A stretch of DNA of 52,979 nucleotides from the sequence record PV660454; one strand, given 5' to 3'. The translations under genes and the position numbers were made by a program. The notes beneath the pieces were generated by a model. The model was given only the letters and a program-made list of their open reading frames with translations. It did not search any database and had not been told where the DNA came from. Source of the DNA: Escherichia phage LF82-11. Shown one piece after another: positions 44,500-52,217 of this stretch (position 1 is the first letter of the stretch; each line of letters begins with the position of its first letter).

Positions 44500-44539
44500 C
44501 ACTTTTTGTTAAAACTGCCCGGAGCGATTCGGGCATAAT
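44497..44539 (+). promoter_or_regulatory. box-promoter module
   Basis: TAGCACTTTTTGTTA, 22 bp with GCCCG/CGGGC hairpin, CATAAT. Confidence 0.5.
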
Positions 44540-44562
44540 GATTTCACACCAAACGAGAGGAA

Positions 44563-45183
44563 GTGAAAATGTTTAAATTAGTTCGCGGCGTAACAACTCC
44601 AAATGACATTCTTATCCATGTTGCATCCGGCGCACGCTATGACGTTCCTGACAACACCAAACAGGTTGCAGTAGATCAGGATGGAGAAATATACGCCTAT
44701 GAATCCGGCATGGCTAAAGTAGAGCACGGGCACACCGGATGGAGTGATAACGGATATGATGGTTTTGTCAAGTGCATCGGTAAGATTCCGAGCGATCAGG
44801 AAAACATGCCGAAAGGTGTATTCCCTGGATGGCTGGACTCATTGACAAGCATCGACGCGCTTAAGCTTTCGCCGGAATACGCCCCGCTAGGCAGTAAGAA
44901 AAAGATTGAGATCGCAACACCCGTTCGCATTGGCGGCTCACAACTCCGCGCTCGTGTCACGGAATATCTTGACCGCAAGATGAAGGATAACGTTGTCGGA
45001 TCTGTTCGGGCGCGCCACTTCCTTTCTGACATTCGAAGCGAGGGCTTCACGTTCGAGAACTACCGCACAGCCGATCTCGTCCTGGCTCTGGTTACTATCG
45101 GGTGCGATCTCAAGCTGGCTCGTGACTATGCAGCATTCCGCGCCATTGATGATGCGGTTCACTTTGTGCGAGGTGAGGCATGA
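44563..45183 (+). CDS. hypothetical protein
   Basis: 206 aa, RBS GAGAGGAAG. Confidence 0.35.
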   Translation: MKMFKLVRGVTTPNDILIHVASGARYDVPDNTKQVAVDQDGEIYAYESGMAKVEHGHTGWSDNGYDGFVKCIGKIPSDQENMPKGVFPGWLDSLTSIDALKLSPEYAPLGSKKKIEIATPVRIGGSQLRARVTEYLDRKMKDNVVGSVRARHFLSDIRSEGFTFENYRTADLVLALVTIGCDLKLARDYAAFRAIDDAVHFVRGEA

Positions 45184-45311
45184 ACCTAACAACTCTTGAG
45201 GCGATCATTGTCGCTACCGCTGGCTTACTCGTTGCTGGCATCATCATTGAGCAAATTGCCTATACCTGGTTGCAGATTGTTAAGCGCCGGAAGGAGAAAG
45301 GTGATGATTAA
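45180..45311 (+). CDS. small single-TM membrane peptide
   Basis: 43 aa, hydrophobic core then basic tail KRRKEK; not in ORF track. Confidence 0.3.
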   Translation: MNLTTLEAIIVATAGLLVAGIIIEQIAYTWLQIVKRRKEKGDD

Positions 45312-45408
45312 TGCAATCGGCGCGGCATGTCTTCTTGCTTCCGTCACTGTGGTTGCGGTTGGCGCTGTTTGGCTAATGGCAAAAATATTGCGTGAGATTG
45401 ACGAATAG
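45304..45408 (+). CDS. small single-TM membrane peptide
   Basis: 34 aa from ATG 45304 within track ORF 45196..45408. Confidence 0.3.
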   Translation: MINAIGAACLLASVTVVAVGAVWLMAKILREIDE

Positions 45409-45448
45409 CACGAATTGCTAAAACGGCATGGCTCCTGAGTGGTATCAT
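45406..45448 (+). promoter_or_regulatory. box-promoter module
   Basis: TAGCACGAATTGCTA, 22 bp with CGGCATG/CATGCCG hairpin, TGgTATCAT. Confidence 0.5.
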
Positions 45449-45480
45449 GCCGTTACACCAAACAAACAGGAGTCACCCAA

Positions 45481-45846
45481 ATGAAAGTTAAATGCATTAG
45501 TTCAGACGTTTTGCTTGATGGTTACTACACCCCAGGTAGAGTCTACCGATTAAGGCGAGAAAGGGGCAAAAGCTATAGAACCGTTAAATCAAACAGAGGC
45601 GTTGATCTTGGTGTTATCCACGACCCATTAAAAAGAGGTCGGTTTTTCGTTGCTGGATTTGAACGTTGTGTGTTTGATTCGGCTCCGCACCGATTCGTGA
45701 AGCGCAACCAAAGCGCCGCGCTGGGGCAGATTGAGATCGACTATACGCGATGCAAGCGCAGCATTCGCAATCAGGCTCGCAACATCGCAAAAGAGCACTT
45801 CTCGTGCGGCAAGCTTGAGAAGATTGCGCGAGGCTATAAGCGATAG
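45481..45846 (+). CDS. paralogue-family protein (MKVKC)
   Basis: start moved to ATG 45481 with GGAG RBS; MKVKCISS...YTPGRVYRL. Confidence 0.4.
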   Translation: MKVKCISSDVLLDGYYTPGRVYRLRRERGKSYRTVKSNRGVDLGVIHDPLKRGRFFVAGFERCVFDSAPHRFVKRNQSAALGQIEIDYTRCKRSIRNQARNIAKEHFSCGKLEKIARGYKR

Positions 45847-45886
45847 CACTTTTTGCTAAAACTTCCGCAAGGGCATTTGATATAGT
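45844..45886 (+). promoter_or_regulatory. box-promoter module
   Basis: TAGCACTTTTTGCTA, 22 bp, TGaTATAGT in loop of AAGGGCA/TGCCCTT hairpin. Confidence 0.5.
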
Positions 45887-45926
45887 GCCCTTATTGAAGC
45901 AGAGCAAACCAATCAGAGGATTCAAC

Positions 45927-46136
45927 ATGGCAATACCAACATTTACCCGTAAGCAGTTTACCGAGTTCTTCCGCCTGGTTAACATGAGCGGCAGCCCGCA
46001 CCAGATGGATCGCATCACTAGCCGCCTTGAAATGCCCAAGTTCGTTGAGGCAGTCGGGCGCAAGAATTGCAATAGCATGTGGGCGCTGATTAATGGCGGC
46101 GTTACACCATCAACCTTAGACCCGGAGATCAAATAA
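45927..46136 (+). CDS. hypothetical protein
   Basis: 69 aa from ATG 45927, RBS GAGGA. Confidence 0.3.
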   Translation: MAIPTFTRKQFTEFFRLVNMSGSPHQMDRITSRLEMPKFVEAVGRKNCNSMWALINGGVTPSTLDPEIK

Positions 46137-46501
46137 TGCGCATTCGTTTATTAAACCCGTCAATCTATACCGGAATGGAGCTGAGCAAATACAACTCAGA
46201 TCCTATGCACGACGAAAGCAACTACCCGGTTATTGTTGAAGCGTCAGAGAAGGATCACAACGGCTTTGAATTCACAGGCCGGGCGCATGTAAGCTACAAG
46301 GAGCTTGATCGCGTATTCCCATACGGATTCGAGCGCGACAAGTGCGAACCTGGGAAGGGCATTGGCTGGTGGAATAACCCGGTAAAACGAGACGCTAAAA
46401 CGCCTCAAATCTCATGGGAGCCAGTATCACCGTTTGACTACTGGAACAAGCTGAAATCATCCCGCCCGGTTGGTGACGTGGTTCCGGCGGGGTACTTATG
46501 A
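46136..46501 (+). CDS. hypothetical protein
   Basis: 121 aa, overlapping start. Confidence 0.3.
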   Translation: MRIRLLNPSIYTGMELSKYNSDPMHDESNYPVIVEASEKDHNGFEFTGRAHVSYKELDRVFPYGFERDKCEPGKGIGWWNNPVKRDAKTPQISWEPVSPFDYWNKLKSSRPVGDVVPAGYL

Positions 46502-46749
46502 GAAAATTAACCCGCGATGAGGAGCGTTTTAAATCGTGCCTCAAGAAGTCAAAGCAGAAGGCTATCATCATGGATCGCAACTCATCCGGTCAAGCCTTCT
46601 GGCATTTCCCGGACGTTGAGCAAACGGGATGGCACCCGGACACTATACGAGATCTCATGCGTGATGATCTTGTTGAGTTCGGGTTAATGGATAGTGGGCA
46701 CCCTAACGGACAGCCGCGATACAGTAACGCAAAGTGGATAGGGGGTTGA
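46498..46749 (+). CDS. hypothetical protein
   Basis: 83 aa, ATGA-coupled. Confidence 0.3.
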   Translation: MRKLTRDEERFKSCLKKSKQKAIIMDRNSSGQAFWHFPDVEQTGWHPDTIRDLMRDDLVEFGLMDSGHPNGQPRYSNAKWIGG

Positions 46750-46750
46750 T

Positions 46751-46939
46751 ATGCAGATCTACAAATCGCCAGGCGGAGCAAGATATGTCGTTGTTGATGG
46801 CGTTGTTTACTGCAAGCCAGCAGATGGAAGCATGGTTTACAGGCCGCGCATGACGGTTGAGCGATATCTTGAGCTTATCGCTGGCGGTCTTCTGACATTC
46901 CATTGCGTTATTCGCCCGGTAATGTTCAAAAAGCACTAA
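46751..46939 (+). CDS. hypothetical protein
   Basis: 62 aa, RBS GGGGG. Confidence 0.3.
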   Translation: MQIYKSPGGARYVVVDGVVYCKPADGSMVYRPRMTVERYLELIAGGLLTFHCVIRPVMFKKH

Positions 46940-46973
46940 TTGCTAAAACTTGCTAAGAGGCATTTGTTATAGT
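46931..46973 (+). promoter_or_regulatory. box-promoter module
   Basis: aAGCACTAATTGCTA, 22 bp, TGtTATAGT in loop of AGAGGCA/TGCCTCT hairpin. Confidence 0.5.
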
Positions 46974-47011
46974 GCCTCTTGTCGAGTTAACACAAATACA
47001 GAGGATTTGAA

Positions 47012-47716
47012 ATGAGCATTCAACGCTACTACCCTGAAGTGAAGTACACAGTGCGGGAAACTCGCGTTAATATGGCTCCACACGAGCGCGGAAGCTATGT
47101 GACCTATGAATCACACATCGAAGAATTGCGCCGCGTACAGGCCGAATTAGACGCCTTAAAAGCGATGCAAAAAAGCGATTTTTTCTATCACCTAAAGCCA
47201 GTCTTCGAAAAGGCGCTTGAAGAGGCGATTGCTATCGTCGTGAAGCAAGCCAGCCAATCAGTTTTCAAGGTTGACGCTGAGGCGCTAATTGCTGCTGACG
47301 TTGGCCGTTGGATGGAGAAGCACATGAACGAGCGCGCCGGATTTGCAACTGGCAGCCTGTTTGTGGGTGATGTAGAGGTTGATTTCGACAACAACAAAGT
47401 CAAGATCACCGATGCGCTAATCAAGAGCGGCGTTGTGACTGAAAGCGAATTATTCTCTTTCCCTAAGGCACGAAAGAACATTGTCGTTTGCACAAGCGCC
47501 GATGAAGGTAGCGGTTTCACTATTGGAAAGAAATACGCATTCGATCGCAATGAAGGGAACATTATCCGAATCTGCCAGGATGATTTTGTTTCAGATCTCG
47601 CAGAGGATGATTGCTGGATTGCAAGCCGCCGCCGAAACCTGGTAAGCGGTGAATTCAGATACTTCTTACAGGGGCATACAGAAGGCAAGCGCGCATCTTT
47701 CGAGATCGTTGAATAG
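47012..47716 (+). CDS. hypothetical protein with C-terminal paralogue-family domain
   Basis: 234 aa; C-terminal NIVVCTSADEGSGFTIGKKYAFD matches family motif. Confidence 0.35.
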   Translation: MSIQRYYPEVKYTVRETRVNMAPHERGSYVTYESHIEELRRVQAELDALKAMQKSDFFYHLKPVFEKALEEAIAIVVKQASQSVFKVDAEALIAADVGRWMEKHMNERAGFATGSLFVGDVEVDFDNNKVKITDALIKSGVVTESELFSFPKARKNIVVCTSADEGSGFTIGKKYAFDRNEGNIIRICQDDFVSDLAEDDCWIASRRRNLVSGEFRYFLQGHTEGKRASFEIVE

Positions 47717-47756
47717 CACGAATTGTTAAACGGGCATGTGTTCCGACTGGTATCAT
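47714..47756 (+). promoter_or_regulatory. box-promoter module
   Basis: TAGCACGAATTGTTA, 22 bp, TGgTATCAT. Confidence 0.5.
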
Positions 47757-47786
47757 GTGCCAACACAAACAAGCAAGGGGCTTTAA

Positions 47787-47954
47787 ATGTTCGAAGAAAA
47801 GAAACACAGGCCGGAACAAGCTTACTCAAGGGTATCACGCACCGTTAAAGAGCGTAGGCGCTGGGTTAAGTATTTCATGAATCAAGGCCACACCAGATCG
47901 GTTGCGATTGGCCTGGCTAAGTGGGCAACAAACAACTACAACGGGAAAAACTGA
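47787..47954 (+). CDS. small basic protein
   Basis: 55 aa, RBS AAGGGG; not in ORF track. Confidence 0.25.
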   Translation: MFEEKKHRPEQAYSRVSRTVKERRRWVKYFMNQGHTRSVAIGLAKWATNNYNGKN

Positions 47955-48586
47955 TGAACTTTCAAATGTACACTATGATCAAGCATCACTTACTTACTCA
48001 TCCAGATCAGCCAGTCTACATCTTCGACTATGACGGCACGCTTTCGGATGGCTCTCACCGACTGGACAAGTTGCCAACAAAAGATTTGCACCTCACCGAA
48101 AGCTGGGAAGAGTTCAATCGCCTTGCTTCATTCGATGAGCCGATCGAAACAACCATTCAGGTGATGAATTCACTTTATAAGGCTGGCGCTTTCGTTATCG
48201 TGTTAACCGGGCGCGCCGATAGCGTTGTTGAAGAGTCAACACAATGGCTGCATGATGCTGGGGCGAAATATACAGTGATGGTGATGCGTGGGCGTGACGA
48301 CAATCGCAAGGACACGATCATCAAGGAGGAATTCTTGCGCTACATCGGACTTGAGCGAATTACAGCGGCGTGGGATGATAGCCCAAAAGTGATCGAGCAT
48401 TTCCGATCGCTGGGCATCACAACCTACCAGGTTTGTGATTATGGCGATAAGACTCACGCGCATCTACAGTCACACGGCGTGAAAGATGCTGGCGGAGAGT
48501 GTGAGCATATTTGGGAGCGTCACAGTATTGGTGACGATTATTATGAATGCTGTGTTTCATGCGGCAGATCAAGAGGCATTAAGTAA
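47954..48586 (+). CDS. HAD-superfamily phosphatase with C-terminal Cys cluster
   Basis: IFDYDGTL (DxDGT) HAD motif I; ATGA-coupled; C-terminal C-x-n-C cluster. Confidence 0.5.
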   Translation: MNFQMYTMIKHHLLTHPDQPVYIFDYDGTLSDGSHRLDKLPTKDLHLTESWEEFNRLASFDEPIETTIQVMNSLYKAGAFVIVLTGRADSVVEESTQWLHDAGAKYTVMVMRGRDDNRKDTIIKEEFLRYIGLERITAAWDDSPKVIEHFRSLGITTYQVCDYGDKTHAHLQSHGVKDAGGECEHIWERHSIGDDYYECCVSCGRSRGIK

Positions 48587-49194
48587 TGGCAACTATCATC
48601 ATTCTGAATGCGCCGCCGCGCGCCGGGAAAGACACGATCGCGAAAATCATCGACGAGCAATACGGCTTGCCAGTTGTGAGCTTCAAAACTCCGATGTTCA
48701 ACATTGCTCGCGGCATCTTGGGCGAAGCGGATTTTAAAGAGTTCATGGCGGTTTACGAAACAGACCGCAAGGACACACAGCCGTTAAGTATTCTGCATGG
48801 CAGCACTTGCCGCGAGTTTATGATCTGGATTAGCGAATCCGTGATTAAGCCTCATTTCGGCAAGAAGCATTTCGGCTGGCTTATGGCTGATTTGCTCAGC
48901 GAAATGGAGGATGATGTTGATCTCACAATTTGCAGCGATGGCGGGTTCCCGGATGAGGTAGAGGCGTTGATTGACTTCGGGCACCGTGTCAAGCTGGTTC
49001 GTATGCACCGTGAAGGCTTCGACTTCTCGAAAGATAGCCGTGACTACATCTACCTTTCCGAAGAGTACAAGAGCAAGCCTGGTGTTGTTGAGTTCGATCT
49101 GACATTGCAGGACGGTTGCCCTAATCTGGCTGCTGAGACTATCGCGTCATTGTTCATTGCCCATCATAAACCAGATAACGAGATCCCTTGGTAA
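48586..49194 (+). CDS. P-loop (deoxy)nucleotide kinase-like protein
   Basis: N-terminal LNAPPRAGKDT Walker A resembling phage dNMP kinase P-loops. Confidence 0.45.
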   Translation: MATIIILNAPPRAGKDTIAKIIDEQYGLPVVSFKTPMFNIARGILGEADFKEFMAVYETDRKDTQPLSILHGSTCREFMIWISESVIKPHFGKKHFGWLMADLLSEMEDDVDLTICSDGGFPDEVEALIDFGHRVKLVRMHREGFDFSKDSRDYIYLSEEYKSKPGVVEFDLTLQDGCPNLAAETIASLFIAHHKPDNEIPW

Positions 49195-49195
49195 A

Positions 49196-49238
49196 TAGCA
49201 CTTTTTGTTAAACCCGCTTCGGCGGGTTTTGTTATTCT
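49196..49238 (+). promoter_or_regulatory. box-promoter module with terminator-like hairpin
   Basis: TAGCACTTTTTGTTA, CCCGC-ttcg-GCGGG plus TTTTG, TATTCT. Confidence 0.45.
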
Positions 49239-49267
49239 TGCTTTAACGAAACGAAATGGAGTGAAGA

Positions 49268-49498
49268 ATGAAAACTTTATCAGAGCTGAAGTCGATCGCG
49301 GCTGACTTGCAGGAGCGAATGAAGCCACTAAACCACAAGCTGGAAAACTCGCGCATTACTATAGCCTCAAGAATGTCTATCGAGTGCTCACTGCGCGAAC
49401 TTAAAATCATGTGGCATGATGCCATGTGCGACGTTCACGCTCACCCTGAGTACGAAGGTGAGTTTAAATTCCAGAAAGAAAACAACCCATACCGATAA
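49268..49498 (+). CDS. hypothetical protein
   Basis: 76 aa, RBS GGAG. Confidence 0.3.
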   Translation: MKTLSELKSIAADLQERMKPLNHKLENSRITIASRMSIECSLRELKIMWHDAMCDVHAHPEYEGEFKFQKENNPYR

Positions 49499-49508
49499 GG
49501 ATTCAATA

Positions 49509-49805
49509 ATGAACACTATCAAAAAGTTGACTCCAAACATGGCAACCAAAATCAAGTACGAGATCCCGGAGGATGGCACATTCTTAGCCGTCTGGACTTA
49601 TCGCGAGATCCCGTACTCCGGTACTTATCAATGGCGAAACGGCGAGCTTGCCGTGTGGGTTGATGGCGTTGGCTGGGAAATTGCCGGGCATGGAGCGGCG
49701 GAGGACTATTACGATTTCAACTGCCTCGTGTCTATGGCTAGTGGTGAGAATTACGGCGGTGCTTGTCACTTTGTTGCGGTTGTAGTGGTTGAGGAAACAG
49801 CGTGA
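49509..49805 (+). CDS. hypothetical protein
   Basis: 98 aa from ATG 49509, RBS AAGGA. Confidence 0.3.
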   Translation: MNTIKKLTPNMATKIKYEIPEDGTFLAVWTYREIPYSGTYQWRNGELAVWVDGVGWEIAGHGAAEDYYDFNCLVSMASGENYGGACHFVAVVVVEETA

Positions 49806-49975
49806 AGACTTTTATTATTTTCCTAGTTGGCGCTTGCATGGTTAGCGTTTCTGATAACTTCACAGTTTTCGTTGGCGCTGCGATGGTGTCGTGGGCTTAC
49901 TACCGATGCGGAAAGGCTGACGGAATAGCGGAAGGTAAACGCCAGGCGCTGGCATCCGGCACTAAGTTAAAGTAG
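49802..49975 (+). CDS. possible small membrane protein (GTG start)
   Basis: 57 aa with two hydrophobic segments; ends in TAG that begins next box; not in ORF track. Confidence 0.2.
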   Translation: MKTFIIFLVGACMVSVSDNFTVFVGAAMVSWAYYRCGKADGIAEGKRQALASGTKLK

Positions 49976-50015
49976 CACGATTTGTTAAAAGGGGATTCGT
50001 CCTGACTGGTATAAT
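49973..50015 (+). promoter_or_regulatory. box-promoter module
   Basis: TAGCACGATTTGTTA, 22 bp, TGgTATAAT inside GGGGATT/AATCCCC hairpin. Confidence 0.55.
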
Positions 50016-50045
50016 CCCCACATCAACCAAGCAGAGGAAACGATC

Positions 50046-50498
50046 ATGAAATTAGTTTGCACATCATCACGCGTCAAAAGCTTCACCGTTGGAAAGAAAT
50101 ATGAAAGCCGCACAGTCGAGCATTACGGAATTGTTACGCACGAGGTGGACGGAGACACCGCTTGCGGCTGGGTGATTAACGATGGCCTGAGCATTTGCGG
50201 AGCTGATCACTCAAACCCAATGGCAACTTTCCGCAAGGATAAGAGCATGATGAAGATGCTTGTTCGCGCATTCGTATTGGTTGCAAAGGCTCGCGGTTGG
50301 GGTGATAGCAAGAGCGGGGCTTACAAATCCTGGAGCGGCACACCTTACAAAAACTCCAGAGATTGGGCGCGAGCTATTGCCTTCAGCTACGATGTTGGGA
50401 GTGTTGCGCGCGAGATAATTGATGAAGATCCTAACGTGAAACTCATCGACCAGGAAGCGGTAAACCTGTTTGCCGAAAACGAGATCGACAACTGGTAA
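50046..50498 (+). CDS. paralogue-family protein (MKLVC)
   Basis: MKLVCTSSRVKSFTVGKKYESRT. Confidence 0.4.
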   Translation: MKLVCTSSRVKSFTVGKKYESRTVEHYGIVTHEVDGDTACGWVINDGLSICGADHSNPMATFRKDKSMMKMLVRAFVLVAKARGWGDSKSGAYKSWSGTPYKNSRDWARAIAFSYDVGSVAREIIDEDPNVKLIDQEAVNLFAENEIDNW

Positions 50499-50560
50499 TT
50501 TGCGCAAGGCCGTTTATAATAGCGGCCTTACTCAGACAAACCAATCAGAAGGAAATCACC

Positions 50561-50989
50561 ATGAAATTACGTTGCACATTCCTTGAGCCAGCTTTCGCAA
50601 AAGCTCTGGCTGAGTTCTACACCATCGGCAAAACTTACGCCGCATCCATCAAGCCGGGATCAAAGGTTGGCGCTGTGCTGGTGGAGTCAAACGAAGGCAA
50701 TGAAGGCGATCAGCTTGCAGCAGTTCCGAGCCGCTCAGGGTTCGAGGTTCAAATTAAGAACCAAATTCCGATCGCAAAGTTCGAGGTTGTTGGCAAGCGT
50801 GCGGTGAAGCTTGTTAAGACTGAGAAGCGCGTAACGCTGAAACTTGATGGCGTGGGGAAATCAGATAAGCGCCGATTCCGCCGTGTTTGCCGCCAGTATC
50901 GAAAGTTGAAATTCATCAACCCTGGATTCTATTATGATCTGGAATCCGATCGCCACATGGCTAAACTTGCGCGACATCACCGCCGATAG
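50561..50989 (+). CDS. paralogue-family protein (MKLRC), basic C-terminus
   Basis: MKLRCTF...FYTIGKTYAAS; Arg/Lys-rich C-terminal tail. Confidence 0.4.
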   Translation: MKLRCTFLEPAFAKALAEFYTIGKTYAASIKPGSKVGAVLVESNEGNEGDQLAAVPSRSGFEVQIKNQIPIAKFEVVGKRAVKLVKTEKRVTLKLDGVGKSDKRRFRRVCRQYRKLKFINPGFYYDLESDRHMAKLARHHRR

Positions 50990-51029
50990 CACTTTTTGCT
51001 AAAACTCGAAATCGGGGTTGCGATATAGT
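50987..51029 (+). promoter_or_regulatory. box-promoter module
   Basis: TAGCACTTTTTGCTA, 22 bp, TATAGT in loop of GGGGTT/AACCCC hairpin. Confidence 0.5.
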
Positions 51030-51062
51030 AACCCCATCGAAACGCAACGGAGCAAACGAAAA

Positions 51063-51293
51063 ATGAAAAAGTACCCAACTGCGATGATTATCCGCACCAC
51101 TAACCGCGTAGAAGCCGATGCACTCACCCTGGCCGAATGTGGTTTCAAGGTTGGTGATATCATCGAGCTTGACGGATGCTACTGCGACGGCACAGCAAGT
51201 GCAAAAGCGATTCGCGAAGGGCTTGGGATTCGCGTAGGCGATAACGTCAGCCTTGAGGCTTGCGAATATGTTGTTGTGGAGGGTTCTATATGA
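51063..51293 (+). CDS. hypothetical protein (weak paralogue-family member)
   Basis: 76 aa from ATG 51063; CGFKVGDIIE. Confidence 0.3.
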   Translation: MKKYPTAMIIRTTNRVEADALTLAECGFKVGDIIELDGCYCDGTASAKAIREGLGIRVGDNVSLEACEYVVVEGSI

Positions 51294-51595
51294 TTTGGGT
51301 TCACACTTACGGCGTGGGCAAGTTCGGCAAGCGCATTATAAAAACCATCCACGAGAGCGCCGAAAGCGCTGAGGACTCACAAAAAGTCCTTGGTGGAACG
51401 GTTGAGCAGTTCATGAGCACAGAAGAGGTTGCGATCGAGAAATACCATATCGCCAACGCTGCGCGCCAGGAAGTTAGCGATATCATTGACGACTTCAGCA
51501 AGCACGATCCGGCATCCTACGGTTCGCCGGGATGGGATGCGAAAAAGCTGAAGGCGTGCAACATGATCAACCAGATTATCGAAGGGGATTTTTGA
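51290..51595 (+). CDS. hypothetical protein
   Basis: 101 aa, ATGA-coupled. Confidence 0.3.
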   Translation: MIWVHTYGVGKFGKRIIKTIHESAESAEDSQKVLGGTVEQFMSTEEVAIEKYHIANAARQEVSDIIDDFSKHDPASYGSPGWDAKKLKACNMINQIIEGDF

Positions 51596-51829
51596 ATGTT
51601 CGGACTGAGTGAGCCGCACTGGAACATAGTTAAGAGCCAGGCGCGAAAGCTGAATGAAGCGGTTAAAGCAATGCCGGAGAAAGATCGCAAAAATGACCGC
51701 CTGATGATTCAGGTTATCGACAAGCATCACCAGCCGATCGCCACCATCATTGAGCGCTTGAAATTCACTTGGACGGCTGGATATTTAGCCGGGCGCGTGG
51801 GAAATAAAACTAACGGAGATTATGAGTAA
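51596..51829 (+). CDS. hypothetical protein
   Basis: 77 aa, overlapping start. Confidence 0.3.
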   Translation: MFGLSEPHWNIVKSQARKLNEAVKAMPEKDRKNDRLMIQVIDKHHQPIATIIERLKFTWTAGYLAGRVGNKTNGDYE

Positions 51830-52011
51830 TGGCAGGATTTGACAGCACGAAAAAAGACGCTACGCAAGAAGAGTGGAAGGAACAGCTTGATTGCATCGTC
51901 GAACTAAACGGCTACAACCCTGATTTCATCCCTGATTCATGGCTTGATGCATATGATGGCGGCGCTGAAGTGGCTGATTTCTTTTACGATAACTATGACT
52001 CGGAGGAATAA
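51829..52011 (+). CDS. strongly acidic small protein
   Basis: 60 aa, about one third Asp/Glu with aromatic residues. Confidence 0.3.
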   Translation: MAGFDSTKKDATQEEWKEQLDCIVELNGYNPDFIPDSWLDAYDGGAEVADFFYDNYDSEE

Positions 52012-52217
52012 TGTTTAAGCATCTGCCAAAGAAAGGCGAAATCATTCGCTGTGATTCAGTAGTTGGAGCCGCGCCGTTTATGGTTGGCGTTGAGTACACC
52101 GTTGAACATGTTGATCGCAAAGTTGGTCACATCTACGTTTACGGTGACGAAGGCAACCTCGAGGCGATCGACTACCCGCAAGACGCTGTACACGGAAAGT
52201 TTTCAAAAGTTGATTGA
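52011..52217 (+). CDS. hypothetical protein (weak paralogue-family member)
   Basis: 68 aa; IIRCDS...FMVGVEYTV. Confidence 0.3.
   Translation: MFKHLPKKGEIIRCDSVVGAAPFMVGVEYTVEHVDRKVGHIYVYGDEGNLEAIDYPQDAVHGKFSKVD

Noticed and set aside
45614-46132. 172-aa minus-strand ORF spanning 45481..46136
   Set aside because: Crosses a box-promoter module and two plus-strand genes; composition typical of a spurious antisense ORF.
47188-47838. 216-aa minus-strand ORF antisense to 47012..47716
   Set aside because: Ser/Leu/Arg-rich off-frame translation opposite a gene that ends in a box module and starts with a good RBS.
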